A DNA stretch of 63,932 nucleotides, counting the filler, from Octopus bimaculoides (taxonomy: Eukaryota), in NCBI RefSeq assembly GCF_001194135.2. It is 5 parts of 4 records of this genome, joined end to end, with 100 filler letters (N's around TTAATTAATTAA, not from the genome) between each part and the next. Parts side by side here need not be neighbours in the genome. Positions count along the whole stretch, not along the records: positions 41,324 to 52,164 come from NC_068986.1; positions 52,265 to 62,024 come from NC_068985.1; 3 more parts are not named here. One strand, 5' to 3'. Below the pieces are notes generated by a model that was given only the letters and a program-made list of their open reading frames with translations, had not been told where the DNA came from and ran no database searches. Both the position numbers and the translations under genes were made by a program. Shown here piece after piece: positions 48,280-60,299 of this stretch. How positions within the stretch are numbered: the first letter of the stretch is position 1; the number at the start of each line of letters is the position of its first letter.

Positions 48280-48850
48280 ACGAAAGTCATCAGCTGCAGT
48301 TATGAAGTCTTCATCATTGCGATCCTGGATCCCAGGCAAGCATTTTCTGTTTTTATGTTCAAGAACAGGTGATTATCATATGGGGCCAAATGAGGAGGAT
48401 GTGGAGGTTGAGCGACTTGTTCAAAGACACTCACGCACAGTAAACATTGAAGCCAAAGACTTCTGTGTTGGAGCATTATCCTGATCAAACATGACACCTT
48501 TTGCCACTTTTCTCCGGCGATTTGCCTTGATAAAATTTCGTAACTGCCTCACCAATTTGGCATAGTTTTCTGTATTAATGACAGTCAATAAACATAACGT
48601 TTTTGCATAACCTAAACCTTATGCCATTACCGTCCCAGCAGATGAAACAACCAGGAGAAGGTGAGGTGGGGTGTTTCCTGTACATAGGATTGTCTCCGGT
48701 TCAAAGTAATAAACCCAACACTCATCCCGGGTTAGTAAACTTTCAATGAAACCAACTGGATCTACCTCAAATAGTGTCAGATTTTCCTTTGATATTATCA
48801 ACTTGATGCGCTTTTCATCAAGTGTCAGACAACGTGGTACCCACTGAGCA
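48280..48850 (-). mobile_element. mariner transposase remnant (internally deleted)
   Basis: WVPRCLT..., LLTRDECWVYYFEPET, VSSAGTVMA, INTENYAKLVRQLR..IK and KGVMFDQDNAPTQKS. Confidence 0.9.
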
Positions 48851-49249
48851 AGTGCATATGTGTGTGCATACGTGTTTATGTATATGAGAGACTCTCTGAT
48901 ATATATATGTGTTACAGTGGGATGTATGTTGGTCGACCTGGATGCTGGTGTCAGGTGTCGTATGATTGACAAAGGTTGCTGGGATGTGTGTGCGTGACTA
49001 TAAACAGCTGCACTACGCCTGAGGAAAGAAGTAGGATGTGATTGCTGGTGTATGTGGAGTGGGAAGATGTGTGTGTGTATTTGTGTGTAGGTGTATGTAT
49101 ATGCTATAGAGAAATAATGGCGTGTATGGTGAGGGTAATGAGTATAACAAAGAAGAGAATGCGTGGGGGTAGAGGTGGCGGCGCAGTGAAACGTGGGCGT
49201 TTTCTGTTGTAAGTAAATGTAGGTGGAGGTATATTTAGATGAAGATGGG

Positions 49250-49560
49250 TGAAAAATCGAAACCGTACGGGATGGAGAAATGAAAACAGAAAATAAATTC
49301 CTGCTCTCAACAGGGGCTGGAATTCGGGTGGATTCTGTGCAATGCCAGTCCGAACACAGACGCGTATTGAAATGAGGGACTGGTCGAGCAGTATCGGTGC
49401 GGAACTGGAATATCATTTCCGAATTTGATGTCCTGGAGATGTTTGGAAAACTGCTCGGCCAAGTGCCGGCCAGTTTGACCAATATACAAGGAACGACAGA
49501 CGGAGCAGAGCATGTGATAGGTTAAATTCCTGGAAGTGCGAGTGAATAATGGAATTTTTG
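49250..49560 (-). mobile_element. Penelope-like element GIY-YIG endonuclease fragment
   Basis: NLTYHMLCSVCRSLYIGQTGRHLAEQFSKHLQDI...D.PV..Y, the typical PLE C..C..LYIG.TGR.L..RF.EHL pattern. Confidence 0.85.
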
Positions 49561-49735
49561 TGAGGTGGTGGGCATTAGGTTGGGGTAATGCAGAAAGAAA
49601 AAAGAAAATATACGCAATACTTTCACTAACTTATTTAGATCAGTGATTTCCAAACTTTTACAGTGGTTCCCAGCAGTGGTTTTCAACCCTGTCATTTAAA
49701 TGAGTTTTCCCATCACCCCCTTGTAATACGCTTAT

Positions 49736-49785
<50 letters not shown>

Positions 49786-50164
49786 GATATTTTGAATTTA
49801 GTTCATGAACCCCAAGTACTACATTTTTGCGGACCACCAGGAGGCTGAGAACCCCGCGTTCGGAACTATTAATTTAGATTTCACACTATAAGACGAAGGT
49901 GTGATTACGGCTAATAATAATAAGGTACCAACACGTAAGGTGATTCTTAGCTGGAAAATAAAGAGCAGTCAAGGATTATGGAATCAGAAGAAACTACCTA
50001 CGCTGGAGATGTGATGGAGATATTTGAACGCTAAATGCAATTAAAAAGAAACATTAATTGTGTCAAGTAAATGAGGTTGGGATTGCTTGTGATAGATCTG
50101 TTCAGTTCAGTAGGGATGTACATTTATGGAAACGGCTTCTGAAATTCATGTACTCCGTCAATGT

Positions 50165-50555
50165 GTTTGTTTGTTGGCATTCCATCGCTTGCGACGACGA
50201 GGGTTCCGGTTGATCCGATCAACGGAACAGCCTGCTCGTGAAATTAACGTGCCTGTGGCTGAGCTCGCCACAGGCACGTGCCGTGTACCCTTAACGTAGC
50301 TCTCGAGATATTCAGCGTGACAGTGTGACAAGGCTGACCCTTTGAATTACAAGTAGAACAGAAACAGGAAGTAAAAGTGAGAGAAAGTTGTGATGAAATA
50401 TTTCAGCAGGGTTCGCCACCATCCCCTGCCGGAGCCTCGTGAAGCTTTAGATGTTTTCGCTCAATAAACACACACAATGCCCGGTCTGGGAATCGAAACT
50501 GCGATCGTATGACCGTGAGTCCGCTGCCCTAACCACTGAGCCATTGTGCCTCCAC
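50165..50555 (-). mobile_element. Full-length SINE S3 with target-site duplication
   Basis: Homologue of 1859-2247; TSD actccgtcaatgt (50152-64) / actccatcaatgt (50556-68). Confidence 0.9.
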
Positions 50556-51234
50556 ACTCCATCAATGTAAGATGCATAATATCCGGTGTTACTATGCGCT
50601 AGAATATTCTATTTGATGTAGAAATCAAGCGGAATGATTTTTCTACTCGTTAGTGACATGTATTTTAACAATTTTTACTTCTTTTGAACATACATGACCG
50701 ATGGCGCCAGGGTGATGTTGTCTTGTTTGAATATGAGTTACGTAGTTTTGTACTAAACGAGATTATACAGGTAGAGCTTGATTCAGATAAATCTGTGTTC
50801 ACTATGGGCAGTTATAGTTTTCATGTTTAAAGTCCCTATAGTATGCTTCACGGTAGCCTTCGTGAATTTGGAAATGCTTATATACGTGTTGCTGTGTATT
50901 TGTCTAAGTGTGTGCTTATATGCAAATATATTATCCATGCATCAAATGCGTGTGTTAGTCTGCAGGTCATATAGATATCCAGATAGAAAAGAAAAACTGC
51001 TTCAGTCTAAACATCAATTAACTTGTTTTTGTTTTCGTGAAAAAATAGCTTATTAATATTAACCATTGGTGATGACGTGATTAATAAATGTAACGTAAGT
51101 CCCTGTGGAACGCTGAAGCTGTAATCTAATGAGGCTATCGCTAATCGTTGAACCACACAGAAGGAGATTTTGTAAGATTGCTTTGAAAAACGCTAGTGAT
51201 AGAGATCTATTTCTACAATCCGAAAGAAGAATGG

Positions 51235-51570
51235 GAAGAGAAAGAAGAGACAGAGAGAGAGAGAGAGGGAGAGAGAGAGAGAGAGAGAGAGAGAAGGGGA
51301 GTGAAAGGGAGAGAGAGAGATTCAGAGAGAGAGAGAGGCACAGAGAGAGATAGAGCAAAAAATGTGCGAGTAAGATAGAGAAATGGCAGAAATTGGTGGC
51401 AGAGTTTGAGAAAGAAAAGAGAAAAATGTCTAAGAAAGAAAAAGATGACAAGTATTTGAATGAGCGAGAGAGAGAGAGAGAGAGAGAGAGAATGTTAAAA
51501 AGACGGGAATGAAAAACAAATGGGAAATGGAATGTTGAGATGAATAAATATAGGAAGAAAGCAATAAAGG

Positions 51571-51624
<54 letters not shown>

Positions 51625-51741
51625 GTGAGGCAAGCAGACAGAAGGACAGACTGATAGAGAAAGAAAGAAAGAAAGAAAGACAGAAAGAAAGAAAGAAAGA
51701 AAGACAGATAGAGGAAGATAGAAAGAAAGATAAATAGAGAA

Positions 51742-51774
<33 letters not shown>

Positions 51775-51836
51775 CACATACAGGCAGGTAGGTAAAAAGG
51801 TAGGGTTGTAGGTATGTAGGTAGAATAGATAGATAA

Positions 51837-51894
<58 letters not shown>

Positions 51895-51920
51895 TGATAG
51901 ATAGACAGACAGACAGACAT

Positions 51921-51953
<33 letters not shown>

Positions 51954-52000
51954 CAGGCACACATACAGACAGGCAGACAAATAGATAGATAGATAGATAA
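51235..52000. repeat. Compound purine-rich microsatellite (AG)n/(AAAG)n/(AGAC)n/(AGAT)n
   Basis: Directly visible; source of the long spurious minus-strand ORFs. Confidence 0.95.
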
Positions 52001-52164
52001 CTTTCTTTTATTAGCCACACAGGGCTGCACACAGAGGGGACAAATACAACTGTAGAGCTTTTCTTTAAAAAAAAAAAAAAACCATCAAAAGGGATCGGTA
52101 GGGGAAAATTTTTTTTTTTTAAAAAGGGGGGTATTGTATATCACAGAAAATGTTAATTGTGTAA

Positions 52165-52264
52165 NNNNNNNNNNNNNNNNNNNNNNNNNNNNNNNNNNNN
52201 NNNNNNNNTTAATTAATTAANNNNNNNNNNNNNNNNNNNNNNNNNNNNNNNNNNNNNNNNNNNN
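52165..52264. other. Artificial scaffold spacer (N-TTAATTAATTAA-N, 100 bp)
   Basis: Same layout as 20526-20625. Confidence 0.9.
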
Positions 52265-52414
52265 AAGGCTTGTGTTACATGGTTAAAGTATATATTTAAA
52301 TTATGTCAGAAAAATGTTAGAAAAGTGTTATATACCAAAAAGATTTTATAACACTTTTCTAACATTTTTCTGACAGAATTTAAATATATACTTTAACCAT
52401 GTAACACAAGCCTT
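52265..52414. repeat. Near-perfect inverted repeat, 68-bp arms, 14-nt spacer
   Basis: 52265-52332 versus 52347-52414, one mismatch. Confidence 0.9.
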
Positions 52415-53292
52415 CTGTAGTTTTTTCACTCTTATTCTCTTTTATACATCCAACCACGTGCTTTCACATACCAACTTTCTCATATATATATATATATATA
52501 TGTATATATAAAAAGAGAATGAACATCATTGCCTGTGTCTGCCTCCCTCTCGGGCAATCACATTTTAACTGTTCATTGTTAAATCATCAACTTTTTAAAA
52601 TAATATTTACGTACCATACAAAGTAAGGTTTTAGTTCATTTTATTCTACCACTTGGGGTAGGGTTTCAAACCTCACCTAACCCCAGTGGGTCTGTCAGAT
52701 ATGAAATATTTTTTTAATGTTTCGTATTTTAGTTTATCAATCAAAATGCACTTTGTGTGAGCTGCGTAGGCTTTAGAAAAGTTTAACAATGGTGATATTT
52801 AAAATTTTCGTTGGCATGTTAGAAGTGGTGAGTGTTTTCTGGGGTTGCCTGTATTTTGTTTATCTGGTGTGTTTGACTCTTTAACTTATGTGTATTTTGG
52901 TGGTGTATTGTTCCTTTCTATTTTTCGTGTTACTTGTATGTAGTCCTCCTCGGCATCTTCTGGGTCTGTTCGTTCCATCTCTGCCTCTTCTTGGGTCCTT
53001 TCCGCTACCTGCTCTGTTCTCGGGCTCGGTCAGGATCCCGACTGCGTCCTTCTGTTCATTATTCAGTGGATTTCTAAGCCGTTCTTCGATAGCGCCAATG
53101 TAGGTAAGGGAAGGTAACAAAATGTTAGAGGCGGTAAAAGAGGGGACTTGTGACACCTATGTTTTAGGAATAAACACCCACATGACCACAACACTGTCTT
53201 GATTATCACTAGTGATTAAGATACCCACCGTTTGAGCCAATAAAATTAGTCTAGATGTAGGCTTTTCTGCCAGCAACAATGACAACTCAATC

Positions 53293-53626
53293 GGGATCTT
53301 TTCCTTTTGACCCTAACTCTAAAACCCGAACCCTTAAACGAAAATACTTCCAGAAATAAGTGGCAAAGTACATTTACACCGCCAGAACGTCATGTTGACC
53401 AACCACAGCAGTAATTGTTTTCACCTCAATAGACGTCATTGATTGGTTGAAATTACCGAAATACGACAACTTTAACACGAAATAACTTCAAAAATATAGA
53501 ATTTTCTTTAAAACGCCAAGAGTAAATGATGTTCTAAATGACACATTGTACTAGTATATGAAATTTGAAAGTGTTTAGTTACAAAAAATTATTTCTTTTA
53601 TATGTCGGCCAAAAGGAAAAAATCCC
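53293..53626. mobile_element. MITE with about 20-bp TIRs (GGGATCTTTTCCTTTTG)
   Basis: Left gggatcttttccttttgacc; right end reverse complement gggattttttccttttggcc. No clear TSD. Confidence 0.65.
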
Positions 53627-54379
53627 TCACTCGCACAACGCTGACTGAATTATGAATTAAGTTCGTTAATAGTGTAAAGTAGGGTGAACGTCAGCGCGAT
53701 TTGAAACCTTGGTCCTCCTCACAATTAGAATACTCAGCTTAAACTATTTACAATATAACTCTGCCTTTTAATGCAGCCACCTATATGTATCCAGCACTCA
53801 TAGTACAATTCTCTAAGATTAAGATTAATAAAAAGTATTTACGCGTAAGTCCTGATTTTAGTCTTTGCTTTGCGATCAAATTTCTCCACCTCCAAAAGGA
53901 AATAATCTTTATTCTCACATGAACGTTTGACTTTATCCAAAACCTTTTGTAGATGGATTCTTGAGTTTCCTACTTTACCAACATGTGGTCTGTTTTATTT
54001 CGCCAGTTCATCTAAAAGCTTCATTTGTTCCTTTCAAATAAATGAAAGCATGGATGAGAGGAAAAGTGTTTCGTTACTTTTTAGTCACTGGTGAGCAAAG
54101 GAAACTGTGCTCGCGCTCAAGTAAGTCGTCACATATGTTTACTTTAAATACTGATCATTTGGCTTACGTTTCACTTGGAAACCATCACTGTCACAATCCT
54201 CCGTTTTTGAGCAGTATCAGTCCCTCTGCTCACCATAAACACACTAGCTTTTCTCCCATTGGGTCCCAATCTGAAATTATTTGTCCTTGGAAAACTTAAG
54301 AAAAAATATACAGGAAGTAAATATGCTTCCAATCTACACAATCCATTTGAAAATGGAGGTTTGTGCTTATCGTCTTAAC

Positions 54380-54886
54380 AATTGTCCATAATGGTGTCGA
54401 CCACGTCTTCCAAACTCTTTTATCAGGAGCTACAAAACGAAGGGTTTATCTCCTACCAGTTCTACCGACGCCCTCACCTTCGAATCTTTTGCGTTCGTGA
54501 ACGGACACTAACAAGCACCTCCAAAAAGACCAGACTTAGTCATATGGAACACAGAACAGAGAATAGGAATCTTGCTAGAACTGACAGTACCATGGGAAGA
54601 AAACATCGACAATGCAGAGAAACGAAAGGAGAAGAGATACGAAAAACTAATTGAAGAGTGCAGAGAACAGGGATGGACTGTCGAGTACTACCATCTGGCA
54701 GTGGGGGCTAGAGGCTTCATTGAAAGAAAAATGACAACGCTATTCAAGAGAAGATTTGCGTTTTCAAACTCGGAACTGAGAAAACTGATAAGGCGGATAC
54801 AGGAGGCGATCGAAAAAGCCAGCTTCTATATATGGCTGAAGCGGGAAGACCGAATATGGCTTGAAAGTCATAACATGTCTAGGTGA
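54380..54886 (+). mobile_element. C-terminal restriction-like endonuclease (RLE) domain of a non-LTR retrotransposon, HERO/NeSL-like
   Basis: KRPDLVIWNTEQRIGILLELTVPWEEN...KEKRYEKL..ECREQGW....AVGARGF...ASFYIWLKR (PD-ExK type), open to its stop at 54886. Confidence 0.85.
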
Positions 54887-54931
54887 GACAAGCTGACACT
54901 GAGGTGACTTCGCGCCCTCCATTGTCAGTTA

Positions 54932-55125
54932 AAGTTTAGACAGTGTCATGTGACAACTTGCTGGGGCTACTTGCTGGAGCCTAGCAGCGGGAAGTTTAGA
55001 CAGTGTCACGTGACANNNNNNNNNNCAACTTGCTGGGGCTACTTGCTGGAGCCTAGCAGCGGGAAGTTTAGACAGTGTCACGTGACAACTAGCTGGGGCT
55101 GCCTGCTGGAGCCTAGTAGCAGATA
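54932..55125 (+). repeat. 60-bp tandem repeat (at least 3 units, 10-N gap inside) in the 3' flank of the RLE ORF
   Basis: Unit AAGTTTAGACAGTGTCATGTGACAACTTGCTGGGGCTACTTGCTGGAGCCTAGCAGCGGG. Confidence 0.9.
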
Positions 55126-55429
55126 TAAAAAGGGGAATTTGACATGATGATCAGTCGGACGCTGACACTCGTTGATGCTGCATCGAAAAGGCCAGGGAAT
55201 ACAGGAAAGAAGACATGCACCCAACACCAGAGCTGAAGACACCTCCGAAAGGAGGGGCCGCGCCACGTCAAAACGGTAGAGGATTAGGGGCCGAAACCGG
55301 ACGTGGTTCCTCCTGATGATGTCTTGAGCTAACTGGATCCTATAAAGGAGCTGTTGTGGTAGCAGACCACGAAACATGGTTGAAATTCCTCAGTAACGTT
55401 TCTGTCTTAATACTTTACCAAATATAAGG

Positions 55430-55610
55430 CAAACAGAATTGAAGCAGCATTTCGGACGTCTTTACACTCAGAGTTCTAATTCTGCTGAGGTTTACTTTGT
55501 TTTTCATCCCTTTCAAGGGTCGATAAAATGAGTACTGAAGTTAATGTAATCGGCATATCTCGTCCCTCGAAATTGCTATTCTTGTGCCAAAATTTGAAAC
55601 TAACATTTTA
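55430..55610 (+). mobile_element. Decayed SINE S1
   Basis: ctcagagttctaatt...gttttcatccctttcaagggtcgataaaatgagtac...cttgtgccaaaatttgaaac. Confidence 0.7.
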
Positions 55611-56073
55611 CCGAATTAAAAAATTACCACCTAAATGAAAAGAGCGGCCCCTTCCCGCATGATTAACGTGTGGCCTTAATTCGCCCTGTTTTATTCCATA
55701 CCTCTTTTTTCATTGTTGTAGTCATGTTGGTTTGTGCGATTTACAGCGGTAAATTATCTTATGACATTTACTTTTCATGAAGTACTATCTTCCCTGTTTT
55801 ACACTTGCATTCTGCCGCATTGTTTTTTCTCGTTTATGATTTAAAACCACTTTAATTCATCGCTAAGCTTTAATTCTACGATAAGATAGGAGCTTATCAA
55901 TATTGCTAAAACATTGGCCTTGCTGGTGCTTATCTTCTAACAAATACCAGCAAACACTTAAAAAAACAATAGCTATTGCAGTGATATTTGTCTTGAATTT
56001 ACGTTTATGAATTTGTTTTGTAAGATTCTTGATGTGAAATCGTGTGTTGAAAGAGATACTGTTACATTTCGGC

Positions 56074-56345
56074 ATGGTCACTATATTTTTTTTCTAGCCA
56101 AGTAAATACAAGCACTATGTATTCGTTCCGTTTTATTTTCCACAAGGGGACACACAGAGAGGACATTACAGTTCTTCACTCGTTTATTATTGTTCTTATT
56201 GTATCTTATGTCCATTGTTTCGAAATCTTTCGTCACACATGTGACCTCTTCTATCCACGTGTTTCCTCCTGTTCTGTTTAGTCCATTCTGGCAGAACGAA
56301 TATCTAGTGCTTGTGTTTATTTGGCAAGAAAAAAAAATGACCATC
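56074..56345. mobile_element. MITE-like element with about 40-bp imperfect TIRs
   Basis: atggtca..tttttttctagccaagtaaatacaagcacta versus tagtgcttgtgtttatttggcaagaaaaaaaaatgaccat. Confidence 0.6.
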
Positions 56346-56574
56346 TCGAAATATAACTTAAATATTGTAATTTCTAGTTTGTTTTTTTTTCTTTCTTTTT
56401 AGTGGTTGGAGTGCGACCTTGTCCTCTGAGTCTTATCTTAAACTTTGTGAGTTAGTAGATGTTAGTTCGATCCTGGACTGGCATGTCCTTGAACACACAT
56501 GACAAGGGAAGTCGCCCATTATGTTGTCTGCTATGACGTTGACGATTTCTTCTGCAAAGATGTCGCGCTCTCAG

Positions 56575-56686
56575 AATCATAAACGCGTCCAACAAGATAC
56601 TTATCGGCATTTTTCGGACTTTTTACGTTCTGTGCTCAAATCCCACCGAGGACAACTTTACCTTTCTTTTCGGGGTCGATAGAATA
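56575..56686 (+). mobile_element. 5' part of a SINE S1 interrupted at TA by a Tc1 end
   Basis: SINE sequence stops at ttcggggtcgatagaaTA, followed immediately by a TIR-like sequence. Confidence 0.65.
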
Positions 56687-57345
56687 CACCGAACCGCAAA
56701 AGAAACGCAAGACGTGTATGACTGAAATGTTTGAATTTCAATATGTCAGAGATAAATTTTGATAAATCTGATAGTCAATTTCTTGGATGCTCTTTGTCCA
56801 CAGTCTATGTCGTTGTCATGTTCTGGTAGTGGGCGGATCCAGCACATCGAGATTGTAGGGCGTGACATGTTCAGTATCATGCATGCCCTCTCTGAGAGTT
56901 CAAAACAGCCCTACACTGTCCGTATATGGAGTGCATGAGGCGGTTCACAAAAGCCATTGGTACCTGTGCCCACACTCTGAGGAAAGCTGCCTCAGTTTTC
57001 TCACGAGTTGTTGGCCTTGTGACAACCGGGTTCAGCCGTCTCTGGGTTTCACCTCACAGGTGTTCAGTTGGATTCAAATCCGGTTGAGAACCGGTCACGG
57101 CATGGTTCTGAGGTCGTGCATTCTTGCTGGAATACGTGGCTATGGTGACGCGCCAAGAGGGGCATGATGTGAGGTCTTAGGATCTGGTCAACGTAGCGCT
57201 GCGCTGTGATGCCGTTTCTTTGCCTGCACCAACATTCTGGAACACATGGGGCCTAATTTTCTGATTCAGTCCATAACACCCCAAACCTTGATGCTTTGGC
57301 CACTCCACTCCAATTCTTCTGCTATGTTGTGCAGATCTGGCAGGG
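56687..57345 (-). mobile_element. Tc1 (DD34E) transposase 3' remnant with TIR
   Basis: GQSIKVWGV, QRYVDQILRPHIMPL..HVFQQ, PDLNPTEHL* and SIYGQCRAVLNSQRGH. TIR-like TA|CACCGAACCGCAAAAGAAACGCAA. Confidence 0.85.
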
Positions 57346-57469
57346 TTATATGTATAAGTACTTCTACACCAAAACCCTACCAGTTGATTTCTCGTGACTT
57401 TTCTACCTTTATGACTTCCACTGCATCTTTGCAGTTATAAATAATGGCTGTAACCAGCCATTCCAGGTC

Positions 57470-57900
57470 TATTTCGGGAGGAGCTAGTCCAATCTTCACA
57501 CGTGCGGATCTTCCATGATAGGTTGGCAAAAGCGCCTACCTAGCCGTTCTTAAGGGTGCAGTGGAGTGCTTTTTCGCCTTTTCCTCACTCGTAAAGTGCA
57601 CCTCCACCGTGCCGTACTTTCTACCACGTGCGTAAAACGTTGTTAATGACTTAACTTCGTTGAGGCACTGTTCTATTCCTTCTATCTGTGCTATTTCTAT
57701 TTTCTTTGTTTCGACGTTAAGCGTTCTGTATATTATGATTTTCTTTTCCGCTCGTTCGAAAGCTTCTTTCGGCGGTGATATTTTTAGAACGTCTCCTTCC
57801 TTCTTAAATAAATTCTTAAATTTTTATAATTTTGTCTTTTCCACGTGTATTTCTTGCTTTGGCAGACGAGCTTCTGCTTGCTGCCGCAGCGTGCGTTCCT
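57470..57900 (-). mobile_element. Probable ORF1 5' fragment of an L1/Tx1-like LINE
   Basis: KKIIIYRTLNVETKK..., YARGRKYGTVEVHFTSEEKAKKHS..PLRT, LLPTYHGR..RVKIGLAPPEID.EWLVTAI; RRM-like. Family call is inference. Confidence 0.45.
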
Positions 57901-57904
57901 TCTT

Positions 57905-58500
57905 CCATACCCGACATGGGCAGGAAAACAATTTTCAACAATAAATATTAAATATGGCAGATGTCGAAGACCAACTCTGCACAATTCTGAAGAAAACAGA
58001 ATTCAGTTTGCAGTTGAACGAGTCTACTTTGCCAGGTAATGATGCCCTCCTCTTCACGTATGTTTGTTTTGTGAAAGAGGAAAGTTTATGCCAAGAACTG
58101 CTCTTTATTGGAAACAAAGGGCAAATCCATTTTCATTGTAGCCAGATTTATTGACAAATAGGACACACCACTGAATAATATTGTAGCGTGTGCACCATTG
58201 ATGACTGGCTGTCATCGCGGCTTCATAAGTTATCTCAGTCTTGATGTCTTCACGATGCACTGCGTGATTCACCGATATCTTGTTGCATGAAATCTCAGTA
58301 GTCGTCTTCACGATTCCCTAAACACGATCACTGCCGTGAATAAAATCATCTCATGCTCTGAACTCCCGCCTGTTTCAACAGCGTTGCTTTGAAAACTACT
58401 TAAAAGTATAAAGATATTGCATACTTCTCTGACGTATTCACTAAATTCAACGAAGTGGATAAGCAGCTGCAAGGAGCTGGTGTTAATCTCATCCAAGTTA
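57905..58500 (+). mobile_element. hAT (Buster/Charlie-type) transposase remnant
   Basis: MADVEDQL..L..TEFSLQLNESTLPGNDALLF.YV.F...LCQELLF, IPLNNIVACA and MHCVIHR. A probable right TIR aaaaagtttgagaacctctg lies at about 59333-59352. Confidence 0.85.
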
Positions 58501-58950
58501 AGTATGGAAAAATGGAGACCACCTCCCCTTGTGGGATGAAGTTAAAATAATACAGAGAACACCACTAGAAAATATGAAAACTAAAAGAAACAGCACATAT
58601 ACTAGGGCACAACAACCTCCTAAGCAGACTGAGTGTAGATATGAACAGCATATGGGAACCGGTATTAAGGAAGGATAGGAAAATTTTAGATTTATAAGCC
58701 CTAAAAACTCACTCCATAATTGCCCACGGGCATATGACGTCGTGTTTAAGAGCGCGGGCTACCTAACCCCAAGATTCCGAGTTAGATTCCAGGCAGTGAC
58801 CTGAATAATAACTATTAATAATAATAATATCGAAAGATACCTTAGGAATGAGAACACCGGTTCAAAATTTCCCCAAAACGAGGGTGTATCAGTCGAAACG
58901 TTGTGTTAACAAGATGGCAAATATCCGTCAACTGTAAATAATGTATAAAC
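58500..58950 (+). mobile_element. Penelope-like element 3' end (GIY-YIG C-terminus plus pLTR)
   Basis: WKNGDHLPLWDEVKIIQR and KLKETAHILGHNNLLSR.SVDMNSIWEPVL; downstream tcagtcGAAACGTTGTGTT resembles a hammerhead 3' half. Confidence 0.7.
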
Positions 58951-59429
58951 TTCTGACGTTTATGTGTATATATAATTTATAACAAATAAAATTGTTGTTA
59001 TTCAAGCATGTCGATTTAATTTCATGCCTAATAAAGACGCTTTGTTGAGCCCAAATCCTGGTGATCTAATTGAACACTTTAAAAAGCACTCATACCACTA
59101 CACTGCTGACTTTTTCATTATGCGTTGTAAATTTGTGCATTGTTATATCGAGTAAGATGTCACGGTTTATTTTTTGGCAGTAAATTGGGAGACGCTATGA
59201 ATTTATAATATTAGTGTTGTATACAAATTATATATTCAATATCAAATGATTCATAATACATATAAATTAGTAAAATATTTGTGTGTGGGGGCGTTGAGAA
59301 TATCACGTGGCCATGATGAGGCGGCTGTGACTCAAAAAGTTTGAGAACCTCTGATCTAGACGCATTATGCGTTACTACGCTGGGAGGGGTCACTTTCACG
59401 TCCTGTCCCTCACTTTGTAAAAGTCCTTT

Positions 59430-60230
59430 ATAGTATTAGCTCCTTCTGGTCTTTTGCAATGCCAGCGGCTGCGGCGAAGTTGGTTGACTTTTTCATTTCC
59501 ATTTGGTTTGTATTTTCTTTTTTCTTTATTCTGCAATTCTTCAATTGTCGACATATCCATATAGTTTTCCACAGTGGAGCGTCCGGCGATTCTAGTCTAT
59601 ACCACTCTGCCAGCTGAAAACTACTGAGCAGATAAGAGGCAAGGGTTTCCCTCCTATTTGGGTTCGAGACAACACGTGCATCGCAAATTGTGTCTCCTAA
59701 AAACACTGACGTTCCTAGAAAATTCTCTAGGCTTCTAAAATAGTCAGAATGCCCGGCTCCCCAAGGAGCGTAGACAACCACCAGCCTGAAGGTCTTATCA
59801 CTGCTGTGCGTGACTTCAAGGACGACCAACCTGCCTTCCGGGTCAACAAAGATTTGCTCTCGTCTGTAAAGCCAGATTTTTCCTTAGAAGAACTGCAACA
59901 CCTCCCCATCCCCAGGTTGGCATGGAGAAATAAATTTCTCGTAGCCGTTTAGGACAGGGGAAAAGCCCCGCAGTCCACTCAGTCTGGTTTCTGTGGCAAT
60001 TACCACATCCATCTTATTAAGGAAGCGTCCTTACTTCCAATCTGAATCCAGGCCGCGAACATATATCCTACACTGAGTGTAAACATAGTTAACTTACCTT
60101 GGCGGAGATGAGGTGGTAATCCCATCTCCTTCCTTATTCCGAGGCTTGTGGGATTTCTTTAGCGAAACCCTAAAAAATCTAGGAGGAAAGTACTTTTTTA
60201 ATGGACCAATGTCTTTAGAGAAGCTTGTTA
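59430..60230 (-). mobile_element. L1/Tx1-like LINE ORF2 endonuclease remnant
   Basis: VVLEVTHSSDKTFRLVVVYAPWGAGHSDYFRSLENFLGTS.VFLGD....DAR and LLSSFQLAEWYRL..P..P.W. Confidence 0.8.
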
Positions 60231-60299
60231 CAAGATTTGCATAGTTCTCGTAGTCAATGAAAAACGTTGTTCTCCGGAATATTTTTGTGTAAGATATTG

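Noticed and set aside
48619-49482. 287-aa minus-strand ORF
   Set aside because: Chance read-through of a PLE 3' region, (CA)-rich sequence and a mariner remnant; not one gene.
51059-52032. 323/200/161-aa hydrophobic ORFs
   Set aside because: Translations of (TCTG)n/(TCTA)n/(TC)n microsatellites.
55290-55390. CTGATGA...CGAAAC as a hammerhead
   Set aside because: Helices I and II do not pair convincingly; kept only as part of the structured 3' region finding.
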